From the NCBI RefSeq assembly GCF_009914755.1, contig NC_060925.1: 64,000 bases of DNA, one strand, 5' to 3'. Within the stretch, counting starts at the first letter, position 1; every line of letters begins with the position of its first letter. Both the position numbers and the translations under genes were made by a program. The notes below the pieces were generated by a model that was given only the letters and a program-made list of their open reading frames with translations, did no database searches and had not been told where the DNA came from. Origin of the DNA: the human T2T-CHM13v2.0 reference genome, Homo sapiens. Shown one piece after another: positions 38,537 through 57,709 of the stretch.

Positions 38537-38638
38537 GTGATTGAAAGAAATAGAGTCATATTGGCTAGAAGACTTTACCTTAATGAAAAAGGCTGGAATA
38601 AATACACTAAGCATTTCATCATACTGCTATCAAACAAG
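38537..38638 (+). CDS. AXDND1: AXDND1 coding exon D (102 nt, phase 0-0): [34 protein letters not shown]
   Basis: ttttatAG acceptor, GTaaag donor at 38639; not in the ORF track, read directly from sequence. Confidence 0.93.
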
Positions 38639-39470
38639 GTAAAGGTCAATTATCTTCAGTTATGGGAAAAAAAGATGCCAAGTGGTGAGGGTTGAGACTG
38701 TAAGATGCCTTTGTTAAATTTATCGATTTTAAAAATATCATTTTATATTAGTGCTTATAGTACAGAATGAAAAATCTATGGGAAGGTGAATAAAGGCCCT
38801 TATTTCTCTATATTTGTCTTCTAATTAAAGCAATTTATTTAAGTTTAATAACACTACAAGGTTACTCATACAATTATGATCCTATTGATTCATGGTTAAA
38901 GTAAAAAAAGTAAATAGCTGTGTTTTTTGAAATAGTTGCATTATCAATTTTATGGGAAAATTCAGTGAGCACACTAGATAGAAAAGGAGGGCATTTAGCA
39001 TGTTTCTACTGAGTCAAAGCATTTACACTAGTCATTTCATTTAACTCTTAAGACAATTCTGTGAGATAGATATTAGGGTCTTTATGGATAATAAAAATTA
39101 ATCCCAAATAGATTAGATATCATTGCCCAAGGTTACGCAGCCAGTAATAGCTATAATTCACATTTGGTTTGGTTTGGCTTCTTGGTTCCTGTTCTGTCTA
39201 GCACACCACACTGCCCCTGTGAAAGTCCTATGGAAACATTGGGTTCATGTTGCAAAGGAAAAAAAAATCTTATCTCTTAATACTTTATAAGAAATGCCGT
39301 GGAAAATTCATCACCAAATGAATGGTGTAGTAGTGTAACTTTTCAATTTTTAATCAATTTTCTATGAATTTCTCTAGTATTACAATATTAATAATGGCCT
39401 GGTATATGTTAATGACTATTTGTTATATACATAAATGAATATATTATTTGATTCTATGCATTTTATATAG

Positions 39471-39625
39471 GACACTGAAGACCTTGCACTGTTGCAGAAG
39501 TTGACACAAAAATGGAGAAACTTAGTGAATAAACTTAAACAAGAGGTAGAACAAATGGAAGAGTCTACAAGCGAGACACTGAAAATTGTTAAGGATGGGC
39601 TTATCAAATGGCAGGAGTTCTTCAA
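39471..39625 (+). CDS. AXDND1: AXDND1 coding exon E (155 nt, phase 0-2): [51 protein letters not shown](N)
   Basis: ttttatatAG acceptor, GTgagt donor at 39626; coiled-coil-like peptide in frame. Confidence 0.94.
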
Positions 39626-40079
39626 GTGAGTCACCAAGAATCTTGTTTTTCTGATTATACTTATGTCTGATAACTCAGTCAAATTCTCTGTGTTCCTCCT
39701 TCTGTCTTTTACCTTGTAATCACTCTAACATTGATTTTGGGGAGCAGTCCCTATGAAGGCACAATCCTGCTAACAACCTTGAATAGTCCTGTGGTTTCTA
39801 GTGCTAAGTATCTCTCTAGTCCATCCCGATCCCCCTGCTCAACTGCTGCTGTCCCCATTTGAGTCCAGTTCTTTTTCTTTTCTCTCTTTTTGAAATAAAG
39901 TCAACTTATTTCATTACTTTGGCAAACTTGAGTATTTGGATCCATCTGCAAATCATATGCAGAGACGTAAAACCAATGGGTGACAGTTAGAGGGAGATGG
40001 TTTTGATCAGATATCATACTTTGCAATGATTAGAGAAATCTGACAATGAAAGAAGCTGCTAATAAAGTAGTTAAGTTGA

Positions 40080-40410
<331 letters not shown>

Positions 40411-41284
40411 TAGGCCTCCCAAAGTGCTGGGATTACAGGCATGAGCCACCATGCCCAGCCTGGACTAGATGATTTCTAAGGTTTTTGTTTGTTTGTTTGT
40501 TTGTTGTTGTTGTGTTGTTGTTGTTTTTTAACTTTAAGATGCTTTGTCTGTTGAGGCCTGGACTAGATGATTTCTAAGGTTTTTTTTTTTTTTTAAATTT
40601 TAAGATGCTTTGTCTGTTAGGTAGCATTTCCATTTCAAATTGAGAATAATGGTTTCAGTTTTTCATACCCCCTTAAAGGTTTCCCCATTAGTAGATTTGG
40701 AAGTTCTGGAAGCTGAAGCTGGTATGTCTCCAAGCTGGCTGCTCCTGCTGTGTACCCATTTCTATTGTTTGTTGATTCTTAGCTGGGAGGTGTGCACGGG
40801 TGGCCATAGTTCTTGTCTCTTTAGCTTCAGAAGCTTATTTATCAATAGCTTTCACCTTGTGAGACTTCAGAGCCATTAAAGGAAATTGTTTTCTACCAGA
40901 AGTTGGGATTTCTGGCTTAAATGTTGAGTCTTAATCACTGTAAAGGCTTTCTTTCTATTTATATAGTGCTTTGACAGCTGCATTCAACAGATCTTCTGAT
41001 AATGATCTGGTTTTTAATTCTCAAGACTCAAGAGACCACCCTTTAAAAAAAATACTCTTGTGGCCCATGGCCCTGTAACTTGATTGCTCAGGTCTGAATA
41101 GAATCTGAATTTATGTTTACAAATTTAATGATAAATACCTGTGGGGAGAGGGGCTGGACCTGGAAGGCATGCTTCAAAATTATTGAGGAGAAATATGTTA
41201 GTTGTTTAGTCTTTAGTGTGTGAACTGATGATCTTGTTTATGTCTTGTTCTGAGATGTTTCTCTTTTTTTTTTCTTCTTTTCAG

Positions 41285-41360
41285 TGAAAAAGACATTTTA
41301 TCCCCTAATAAGGGAAATATATTTAATTCAGTTCTTTTAGACTTCAAACAGTGGCAGAAG
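41285..41360 (+). CDS. AXDND1: AXDND1 coding exon F (76 nt, phase 2-0): EKDILSPNKGNIFNSVLLDFKQWQK
   Basis: Long polypyrimidine tract then ttttcAG; donor GTaaga at 41361. Confidence 0.94.
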
Positions 41361-41447
41361 GTAAGACTTTTTAATAAAGAGCTTGGCAATCAAAGTGCTG
41401 ATTGTAAAGTTGGCATTCCGGACCTACAACTGAGGCACATCTCATCC

Positions 41448-41932
41448 TTTTTTTTTTTGGGACGTTGTCTCACTCACTGTTGCCCAGGCTGGAGCGCAGT
41501 AGTGTGATCTTGGTTCACTACAACTTCCACCTCCTGAGTTCAAGCGATTCTCCTGCCTCAGCCTCCCAAGTAGCTAGGATTACAGGCATGTGCCACCACG
41601 CTTGGCTAATTTTTGTATTTGTAGTAGATACAAGGTTTCACCATGTTGGCCAGGATGGTCTTGAACTCCTGACCTGAAGTGATCCACCCACCTCGGCCTC
41701 CCAAAGTGTTGGGATTACAGGTGTGAGTCACCATGCCCGACCACATCTCATTCTTTAAAAATGCCATATTAGGGGCCAGGCACGGTGGCTCACACCTGTA
41801 ATTCCAGCTACTTAGAGGCTGAGGCAGGAGAATCACTTGAACCAGGGAGTCACAGGTTGCAGTGAGCCGAGATTGCACCACTGCACTCCAGCCTGGGCAA
41901 CACAGCAAGACTCCATCTCAAAAAAAAAAAAA
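41448..41932. repeat. Antisense Alu (41448-41742) and sense partial Alu (41773-41932) just downstream of exon F
   Basis: Alu consensus in both orientations, spacer about 30 bp. Confidence 0.88.
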
Positions 41933-42068
41933 TGCAATGTTAAGTTTTATGAACAACAAGGAAAAAAGCAAGTGCTCAGGGACTTTAAAAAATATGCTTA
42001 AATATTCTCAGTTCTATTTCAGATTTTTGGGTCAAATTAAGTTAGGCTGCTAGAAAAGAAATCAGGAA

Positions 42069-45885
<3,817 letters not shown>

Positions 45886-46145
45886 GTCTATGTTGAACAC
45901 AAAAAGCTCGGTAGATATCAGCTTTACACTTTTTTCTTCTTTGAATATATATTTGCTTATGCAGGGTAAAGATTAGTAACTTTTGCTTTCATGTGTAGCT
46001 TAAAATGACAGCTCTACTGTATATTACATTGTAAAGCTTTGTTTCTCCCAACATATGTCTTCTTCATCTATAAAATAGACACTCACTGAAAAAAAAAAAA
46101 AAAAAAAGGAAAGAAATTAGGAAAATCTCCTTGGGTGGCAGTGAG

Positions 46146-46590
46146 TGTAACCCGCACAGACCTAGGGGGACTGAACAAAGGGGGGCAAATGTGGGAATAA
46201 AAGACAAAAGAGTATATTTGGAAGAAGGGGTCGGGGGCACCTTGCCTCTAGTGGACAAGGACCCTGAGCTTTACAAAGCCCTCTGTATTTATTAGGCAAA
46301 AGAGATAGCGAGAAAGGGGGTGGGTGATTGTCGGGTAATTGTCAGTGGGCCATTTGGTTCACAGCAGGCTTGCGAGACTGCATCCTTTGAACAATAGGTG
46401 CTAGATTTCTCAGTAGGTAACTTCAAGGAGCCTGGTGGCAGGGAGTGATGTCCTTCAGCAAACCTTTTGGTGGCAGGCGCAGTGTGAGTTTGCTCACATC
46501 CTGCCTTCATGATAAAGTTTGCTGTTTGATCATATAGCCGCCAGTGGAATGCTGAGTTGGTCACATCCCACAGGCCTTTGGCTCCCTACA
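46146..46590 (-). repeat. 3' LTR (LTR3 family) of the HML-6 provirus
   Basis: Minus strand TGTAGGGAGCC...GGGTTACA, preceded by a polypurine tract. Confidence 0.9.
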
Positions 46591-46603
46591 TATCCCCCTT
46601 TCT

Positions 46604-48910
<2,307 letters not shown>

Positions 48911-48929
48911 CCATCTCCTGTAAAAACAC

Positions 48930-50065
48930 AAGCATACCCTTGTCCCTACGTCAGTAAATCCACTGGACCTTTCCATTGTCCTTCTTCTGCAGATATCCGT
49001 AACATTTTCGGATAAATTTTCCTCTTTTCCTCTAACACTTGCCAGTGTCTTTCTGCTGGAGTCTTATCATTTGTACCAGGAGTCAAAAAATTTAAAGTAA
49101 ATAAAGCTAAATATAGTTTTGATTGAGGTGGCAGTTGGCTTCCTATACCCCCTTTTTGTCTTTTCAACATGCATTGTAATGTTTGATGTGCCCACTCTAT
49201 AATGCCTTGTCCTCTAGGATTATAAGGAATTCCTATTTTGTGGGTTATAGCCCAAAGCTGTAAGAAATTTTGAAAAGCATACTAGTATAAGCAGATCCAT
49301 GGTCAGTTTTAATTGTTCAGGTATCCCATATGAGCAATTGATGACAGACAATGTCACTGTACATGACCAGCTGTCTCACCTGTTTGGCATGTAGCATGCA
49401 GCATATGAGAATAAGTGTCTATAGTCACATGAACATAGCTGAGCTTAGCAAAGGTTGCTATGTGTGTAACATCCATTTGCGAAATTTCATTTGGAGCCAA
49501 ACCTCATAGGTTACAGCATTCTACAGGTGTGGCTCCAGGGAGACATGCTGGCAAGTAGGACTGGCTTGTATTATAGCCCTAGCTTGGCTGTGACATAAAT
49601 GGAACAGGCGAGTAAGGGCAGAAGTATTTTGGTGCAGCAGCGTGTGAGACACTTGAGCTTGCTGAAACACAGAACCAATCAATTTGTCTGCTTCTCATTA
49701 CCTAGAGATAGTGGCCCAGAAAGTTGTGTGTGAGAGCAAATAAGAGAAATGTGAAAAGAAGCTGCACGAGAGCGAATAACTTGTTGAAGTCTTAAAAATA
49801 AATTCAGCAGTTCTGGGTCTAGTATACTTTTAATTGTAGCAGTTTCTATGCGACCGGCTACATTTACAGCATAAGCTGAATCACAGACAATGTTGATAGG
49901 ATCTGAAGCTGTGAGCTCTAAAACCTGAATGACTGTAATTAGCTCTGAGTGTTGAGCTGAAACCCCAGAGGTCATTATTATTTAAGTATGTTTTGGTCCA
50001 CAGATAGTGGCACAACCTTTGGAAGGGCCATCAATAAAATAAGTTTGTCCACCTGGAATAGGGTG
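48930..50065 (-). pseudogene. HML-6 pol remnant: RNase H and integrase only
   Basis: TYFIDG...SAQHSEL...CDSAYAV (RNase H) and TPAERHW...WKGPVDLL (integrase C-terminus); stops and frameshifts. Confidence 0.85.
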
Positions 50066-50149
50066 AGGGAATCAATGTACCTCCGGGAACCCATCCCTGA
50101 AACGGGGTTGAGGTCTGGACTAGGAATACTCTTATTGTGTGTGGGGCCC

Positions 50150-51640
50150 AAGTCCAGGCCCTTGTCTCGTTACCCGGCAGGAGAGTGCCATTCTGATGAA
50201 TTTTGAGCAGCACTGATTGGCCCATTGATTTCCTTTGTTACAGCAAGGACAAAGTCCTGCGTTTTTTCCGTTGGGTGGGGCACAGCATTGTAAGGTCCTT
50301 TCTATCCTAACATATGGCGGCATTCCTTTTTAAAATGTCCAGTTTTTCCACAATTATAACATTTTCCCATTTTAGGGCTTGACCTTTGGCTCCTTTTAGA
50401 TTTGTCAACTGCCAAATTAGCCATTGCTTGTGCTAACATTGCAGAGCAATGAAGCTCAGTTCCTACATCCTGACAAGCTCTGAGAAAATTTCCCAAGTTT
50501 TTTGTACACCTCACCAGTGCCAGTGCACATTTCCAATCCGCATTTGCATTCTCAAAAGCTAGAGTTAAGGTTAGCATTTCTGTGGCCACGGTATGAGGAA
50601 TCTGACGCTTCACTGCCTCTTGTAATCTTGCAAGAACTTGCACATAGGGTTCCTGTGACACTTACATGTATGTAAAAAAGATTGTACTGGGACTCCCTCT
50701 TCAGGAATTGTGGCCCAGGCACGTTTAGCGGCTTGTACACACTGCTGATAAGCAGCATCTGGGAGTGCCATTTAACATTCCAGGTCTGAATAAGGGCTAT
50801 TACCTAACAGCATATCCTCTGTAATGTCTCCATTTCCAGCAACATGGTTCTGTCTAGCCTGGTCTGCAGACATTTCTTGCCAATTTAAATTCCGTATCAG
50901 ATATGCGCTAGCAGACAAGCAAGTTCACGCCAAGTGTTTCTCATCAAAGGGTAAAAGACGCATAGCACCAAACACAGATTCTAGCAATCTTAAGGTGAAT
51001 GGGCTCTGTACGCTATTATTTATCACACTTACTTTTAATTCCTTTAACAACTTAAACTCTAGTGGAGTGTGTTCATGAATAACCTGCTGTGGATTATTTG
51101 GATCAGGCCTTACGGAACTAGGAAAAGCACAAGGTCCTAAGGGCTCTCCAGCTATGGCAGCACAGCGTAAAATTCTTTGTATTGGGGTTTCTATTTCTGC
51201 TACCAAACGAGGCCGTACAGATGTTTCTGCAACTGGAAGAGGCGGTATAGGCCACTTTTTATCCTCCCTCTCCTGTTTTTATTTTCAATTGGAGCTGTGG
51301 GTGGGACGACAAATTCTTTCAGATTTTTATATTCAGCCTGCTGTCCTGCAGAATAATAAGGAGATAATGGCAGAAGTACAGTACGAACTAAACTCCACGT
51401 GGAGAAAACTGAAGAATCAACTTTAAGACCTTTTTGATGAGCCTGTTTTAATCCTTCTCCTGCTCTATCCCAATTTTCCACATCAAGAGTGCCTGCCTGT
51501 GGAAACCATGGGTTATGCGTAATAACCTCCTGCAGCAGCTTAGTCAATGTCTGAGAACTAACCTGAGGACCATTTCGTTTCAACAAAATTTTAAGCAACT
51601 GTACATAATGTTTTTCTTCAACAGACAAATTCTGCTCCAT
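50150..51640 (-). pseudogene. Disrupted HML-6 gag (MA, CA, NC)
   Basis: ORF pieces: MEQNLSVEEKHYVQLLK...NPWFPQAGTLDVENW (MA); QEPYVQVLARL (MHR-like); zinc knuckles CYNCGKTGHFKKEC and CPCCNKGNQWANQC; several frameshifts. Confidence 0.88.
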
Positions 51641-51817
51641 GTTACCCTGATTCAGAAAACTTCCCATTCCCATTACTTCTTTAAAGCACTGCTCTCGGTA
51701 CCTCTTTAGGGCACTGACCTTACATCCGCTGCCGGCAGACTCATCCCGGGGTCACTGTTTGCCTTGTCAATTTTAGTTCCTCTGTTCCAGCAGACCTTCT
51801 TTGTTCACATCCTTGAA

Positions 51818-51836
51818 GTCCTGTGTTCGGATGCCA
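51818..51836 (-). promoter_or_regulatory. Primer-binding site, tRNA-Lys-like
   Basis: Minus strand TGGCATCCGAACACAGGAC lies 3 nt after the 5' LTR; resembles the tRNA-Lys3 complement TGGCGCCCGAACAGGGAC. Confidence 0.8.
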
Positions 51837-51839
51837 CTA

Positions 51840-52294
51840 TGTAACCCGCACGAAACTAGGGGGACTAAACAAAGTGGGGCGAACGTGGGAATAAAAGACA
51901 AGAGACAAAAGAGTATATTTGGAAGAAGGGGTCAGGGGGCACCTTGCCTCTGGTGCACAAGGGCCCTGAGCTTTACACAGCGCTCCGTATGTATTAGGTA
52001 AAAGAGATAGCGACAAAGGGGGGCGGTGATTGTTGAGTAATTGTCAGTGGGCCATTTGGTTCACAGCAGGCTTGTGAGACTGCATCCTTTGAACAATAGG
52101 TGCTAGATTTCTCAATAGATAACTTCAAGGAGCCCAGCGCCAAGGAGTGATGTCCCTCAGCAAACCTTTTGGTGGCAGGCGCAGTGTGAGTTTGTTCACA
52201 TCTTGCATTCATGATAAACAGTTTGCTGTTTGATCATATAGCCTCAAGTGGAGCGCTGAGTTGGTCGCGTCCCACAGGGCTTCGGCTCCCTATA
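51840..52294 (-). repeat. 5' LTR (LTR3 family) of the HML-6 provirus
   Basis: Minus strand begins TATAGGGAGCCGAAG (TG mutated to TA) and ends GGGTTACA; followed by the PBS. Confidence 0.9.
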
Positions 52295-52399
52295 AGTGAG
52301 GGTAGTTCAATGCTATTATCTAATTGTCAGACGTAAGTAATGTTTGTGCCTATCCTATATCTGGCTTTTAAGGACAAATTGGACTTTTAAAATTAATAA

Positions 52400-52822
52400 C
52401 ATCTTTTTTTATTGCGGTAAAATATATACAACACAAAATTTACCATTTTAATCATTTTTAAGCATACAGTTCAGTTGCCCTAAATATATTTATATTGTTG
52501 TACAACCATCACCACCATTCATTTCCAGGACTTTTTCTTTTCCCCAAACTGACATTCTGTACCCATTAAACTGTAAGTCCCTATTTCTGCCTCCCCCAAC
52601 CCCCTGGGCAATCTCATTCTACTTTCTGTTTATGAATGTGACTACTCTAGGCATCTCATATAAGTGGAATCATACAGTATTTTACTTTTGTGAGTAGCTT
52701 ATTTCCCTCAGCATAATGTCCTCAGGGTTCATCCATTTTGCAGCAAGTGTCAGAATTTTCTTTCTTTTCAAGGTTGAATAATATCCCATTGTATTTATAT
52801 ACCACATTTTGTTTATACATTA
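52400..52822 (-). repeat. L1MB 3'UTR fragment
   Basis: ggtaaaatatatacaacacaaaatttaccattttaatc...ataccacattttgtttat. Confidence 0.7.
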
Positions 52823-53986
52823 ATAACATAATCTTTAAGGGGTCGGAGCTTGGAAAATAGATTTCATTGATCAAATTACTATCATGTTATAGTAGTCTGA
52901 CAAAGGAAAATATATGTGACATTGAAATACTTCCAAAGTGATTATCAAAATCATTCCCTAATAAAATTTCATAAGATCCCAACAAACCATTTTCTTTAGG
53001 AATAACTTGAACAGTATATTCTCAGAATTGAAGATATTTCCTGTTCTATATACAACATGTCTAGTTTAGTGAATTTTTTTTTTTTTTACTTTTTATCTGG
53101 AGGTTTTGACATGCATAGAAAAAATAGAAAAAAGTCATACCTCTTCAATTTAGGAATAGTAATAGCTCTCATTTATTAAGCACTTACTCTGTGTGAGGAG
53201 CTGAAAATGTGTTTTCCATATATTATCTTACTTACTCTTCATGGCTGCCCTATGATGCAAGTCTTATAATCTCCATGTCCCAGATGTGGAAATCGAAGCC
53301 TAGGATGTTAAGTAACTTACCTAAGTTATCTATAAAAGGTAAGTGGCAGCGTCAGAATTTGAGTCCAGATCTCTCCAGTTTCAAAGTTCTTACTCCTAAT
53401 TGCTCTTCTACACTGTCTCCCCACGCTAATTACTCTTATTGAAGGCTGGGTAATGTTCCTATTATCTGAGCACAAATAATGCCAAATTATATATATAAAT
53501 TGTACCTTATTTTTCCACAAATATTTATTGATATGTCATGTTCAGGACTTGGACTTGGGTTTACACAGATAAACAAAACATGAATAAAATACAACTTGTA
53601 TATTCTAGGAACTTTCCCAGTCTAGTGGGGATCATGTAAACAGATATATTACAACCTTACTAAAGCCAATAGTAATTAAACATGCTTAGCTTTGTAGGAC
53701 TTAATTGCTTATCACTACTTTTTTTTTTTTTTAACCACATAGGATTTAATATAATGATTTTCATCCTGGTAAACTATGGGTTATCTCATAGAGTACCAAA
53801 ATTAGTTTAAATTCATTTTAATTTAAAAATAAGATATATGTCATATACCATCTCTTTGGAGCATAATAATAATAGGATATGCAACTCCAAAATAATTGGG
53901 AGTCACTGGGGAATAAGCATCTGGTAGACTTTGATAAACTCATTAGTGGATAATATGCTACTCTCCCTCTTCCTTTCACTCTTTAG

Positions 53987-54221
53987 CTCCTGAATGAGAA
54001 AAAAGAAGAGTTTACTGGGGATGTTCTACTGTCAAAATACGATACTCTCAAGATTATTAAACATTTACAGGAAAACTGGGCAGATATTGGGCTTGGGATA
54101 TTTAATCGGCATAAAAGTTTGGAGGGGGAGATGCCATCAGAGCGACAGTACATGGAGGAAATTATCAAAAACATACAAAAACTCTACAAAGAATATGAAA
54201 TAAGAATAAATGGGGACAATG
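53987..54221 (+). CDS. AXDND1: AXDND1 coding exon G (235 nt, phase 0-1): [78 protein letters not shown](G)
   Basis: ctctttAG acceptor, GTaaga donor at 54222; in frame with exon F. Confidence 0.95.
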
Positions 54222-55841
54222 GTAAGAAAATACTCATAATAATTAGATTTCTTGGTATAAAATGTTTCCACAATAATTATTTTCAATACAATGAATATTT
54301 AAAATAAAAGTAATAAATCCATATAGTTTTAAAAACCAAGCAAAATAAGCAAAGCATTGAGCATCACTTTGAGATATAATTTATATACATTACAATTCAC
54401 CTATTTAAAGTGTATAATTCAGTGATTTTTATTATATTCACAGATGTGTGCATCTATTACCACAGTCAATTTTAGATTATTTTCATCAAAATGAACCTCA
54501 AAAGAAACCCCATACTCTTTAGCTCTCACCCTCTTACCCCCAACATCGTCACTTCAGTCCTAAGTTTGCTTTCTGTCTCTATAGATTTCCCTGTTCTGGA
54601 CTTTCATGTGAATGAATTCATGTTCTGTTTGATCTTTTGACTGGGTTCTTTCACTTGGGATAATGTTTTCAATGTTCATCCATGTTTTAGCAATTATCAG
54701 TACTTCACCCATTTTTATGGCCTAATAATAGTGTATGTATAAATCACATTTTATCATTTCATCTGTTGGTAGGCATTTGGGTTGTTTCCACTTTTTGACT
54801 ATTATGAATATTGCTGACATAGACATTTATTACACATTTCCTGGTAGAAATATGTTTTCATTTTCCTTGGATATATGCACAGGAGTGAAATTCTTGGTCA
54901 TTTGATAACTATATCTTTAACTTTTTGAAGCCTGCCACACTGTTTTCAAGGAGGCTGCATCATTTTATATTCCCACCAGCAGTGTATGAAGGTTCCACTT
55001 TCTCTGCATACTTGCTAGTACTTGTCTCACTTTTAAATTCTGGCCATACTAGTGGGTGTAAAATAAAATCTCACTGTGGTTTTGATTTGTGTTTTCCTGA
55101 TGACTACTTATGTCAAGCATTTTTTAAAGGTTTATTAGCCACTTATATATCTTCTTTGGAGAAATGTCTGCTCAGGTACTTTGCCTATGTTTTTTTTCTA
55201 AGACAAAAATTGATTTATAACATGTATAGAAAGAAAAGCCATTTTCTAAGGTTTCATACTACCAGAGAACAGATACCATTGTTCAACATTAATGAATATT
55301 GTGTGTTATTGTGCACTATTATCACTTGTGTTAGAATTCTAGACAAATGTCCACCAACTGACAGTGTAACTCTTTGAAAATGTCAAATAGAATGAGACCT
55401 ATCTGAGATATTAGTCTGTGAAGTAACATTCTATATAAGTGGTTCTCAAACTTTAGTGTGATTAGGGATTCGGTGAAGAATGCAGATTCCTGAGCCCTGC
55501 CTCCAGTCTCCTTGGTACACTGTGTCTACAGAGATACCCATAAACTGGCAATTTTAGCAAGCATCCCAGGTGATTCTGTTGCCAGTGGTCTACATATCAT
55601 ACTTCTTTTTAAAAAATGTCCTTTATTGGGAGTCCATTAGTAGCTAGGTCTAACATAAATGTAAAACACCCTTTCACATACTCTAATGATTCTTTGCCCA
55701 TATTTTATTTAGGTTGTCTTTTTATTATTGAGTTATAAGACTGCTTAATATGTTCTGAATACAAGTCCCTTTTCAGATATGTGAATTCTAAACACTTTAT
55801 CTTTTTCTGTGGGTGGCTCTTCCATTTTCTTGATAGTGTCC

Positions 55842-57709
55842 TTTTTTTTTTTTTAAACAGAATAAATAAGTCATGTTTAATGCTTCTAGCCTGGTAAAAT
55901 TAAAAATTAAACATAATAATCTCTCTATATTTTACTTTTTAAAAATTGATTGGAAGTGTATTACATATTAATGGGGTACATGTGAGTATTTGTTACATTC
56001 ATAGAATGTGTAATGATCAAGGTCAGGGTATTTGAGGTATCTATTATCCTGAGTATTTATCCCTTCTATGTGTTGGGAACATTTCAAGTCCTCTCTTCTA
56101 GCTACTTTGAAATATACTTCATCTGCAATGTTGCTAACTATAGTCACCCTTCTCTCCTATTGAATACAGGGGTATATTTGTTCTATCTAAGTGTATGGTT
56201 TTACCCACTAATCAACCTTTCTTTATCCCCTCTCCCACCCACACACCCTTCCCAGCATCTGCTATCATTCTATTCTCTATCTCCACAAGATCAAATTTTT
56301 TAGGTTCCACACATGAGTGAGAACATGCAATATCTATCTTTCCATGCCTGGCTTATTTCATTTAACAAAATAACCTCCAGTTCCATCCATGTTCATATTT
56401 AGCTTTAATTTTAAATAACCATTAAGCAAATTTCCATAATCTGATTTTTGTGTATTTAAGATAGTGTTGTCCCTTCAAATACTAATTTTGAATGGAAATA
56501 TTCATTAGGAATAGGTATAGATTCTACAGTGGCGCAGAAAATTCCAAAGGAAGCTACAGGCTATGTATAAAATACATGTTTTAAAGAATGAAGTTGAAGA
56601 AAGGTTCAACTTACTAGTGGAGGTGTCATGCCCTTGCTTGAAGCGGGGATGACAACTCGAAGATCTGGTTTTCCACTGTTCATTCCAAGATTACTGCCAC
56701 CTGGTGGAGGGGGAGACTTTGTAGGCATGACTTTACCTAAACTATTTGCACCAGTAGCTCCAATCAAATTTGGAGAAGCTCTTGAGTTTACAAATTCATT
56801 CCCCACTGGGCTGCTTCCAGTTCCATTTGGCACTGTGAGGTCTGTAGTGCCCAACATCCCACCTGCATTGCCAGTACTTGGTGGTCTCTGAGGAGCTCCA
56901 GGGGACACATTTCTATGTAATATGGTTTGAGGTGGAGAGAGCGTGTTTAAGTCTGTTAACGTTGAGCTGGCTGCCAAAGATGGGGACACCAGTGAACTCC
57001 CTGGGTTAGTGTAGGACAAAGCATTGGGGCTTTTCACTGGAACTGTGACAGACATTGAAAAATTCTGAGGTGGCAAACCAGGTGCAATGTTATGATTCTG
57101 CATCATATTATCAAATTCCTCATTAATTTTTTTATATTTTTCTTCTGTATATGGAGTTAGCACACATGAAGTATCAGGGTCTGAGCTGTCGCACCCTCTG
57201 TGTTCCTTCTTGTTCAGAGCCTCAACAATATCTGAGTTGGTTGTGCTTTCATAAGGTTAATTATATTCTGTATACTTGAGAAGAACTTTGTCCATATCAG
57301 TGCTAGCATATTGAAAGAGTTTGTTAGAGCTGTTGAAAATGCACAGTCATAGAGCACACTAAGTTCATAGGCTTTCTTCATTAATCCAAACTCTCTCTTT
57401 GTAAAAGTGGCCTGTCAGTTCCTTTCATCCATTATGCACGTGATTTGTATTTTCTTCTGCACCATTTTCAGCCACCTTTCCTTATTTCCTTATATTCCAA
57501 ATACTTAATATAAAAGTTAATTTTCTTCAATACCGTAATGCATCGTACAGCTTCTGTTATTTCAGCTTCTAGTCCAAGGGCTACAGCTGAAATTTTCTAC
57601 AAGATTGTGTGTGTCTCCTGGGCACGCACACGCTGCAGCCTGGGCCCGCCGCCAGCGCTCCGCACTGCCCGGAGCCGCCTCCTTCAGCTTGGGACTCGCC
57701 AGGACATCC
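55842..57709 (-). pseudogene. MEF2AP1: MEF2A retro-pseudogene, partially processed: spliced 5'UTR and CDS up to KGMTPPL, then retained intron sequence and poly(A)
   Basis: ATG at 57465 gives MVQKKIQITCIMDERN* (MADS box; TGA at 57415-57417), ~13-nt frameshifting deletion near 57341, TAA at 57257-57259; ORF 56606..57163 matches MEF2A; poly(A) at 55842-55854; TSD tgatagtgtcctttt at 55831 and 57710. Confidence 0.95.
55940..56393 (-). repeat. L1MA 3'UTR fragment inside the retained-intron part of MEF2AP1
   Basis: ggggtacatgtgagtatttgttac...aacctccagttccatccatgtt. Confidence 0.75.

Noticed and set aside
56606-57163. 185-codon open MEF2A-like ORF as a functional retrogene
   Set aside because: Starts at GTG; the upstream MADS/MEF2 domain has two stops and a frameshift; an open stretch of this length in stop-poor Ser/Pro/Gly codons is plausible by chance; no expression evidence
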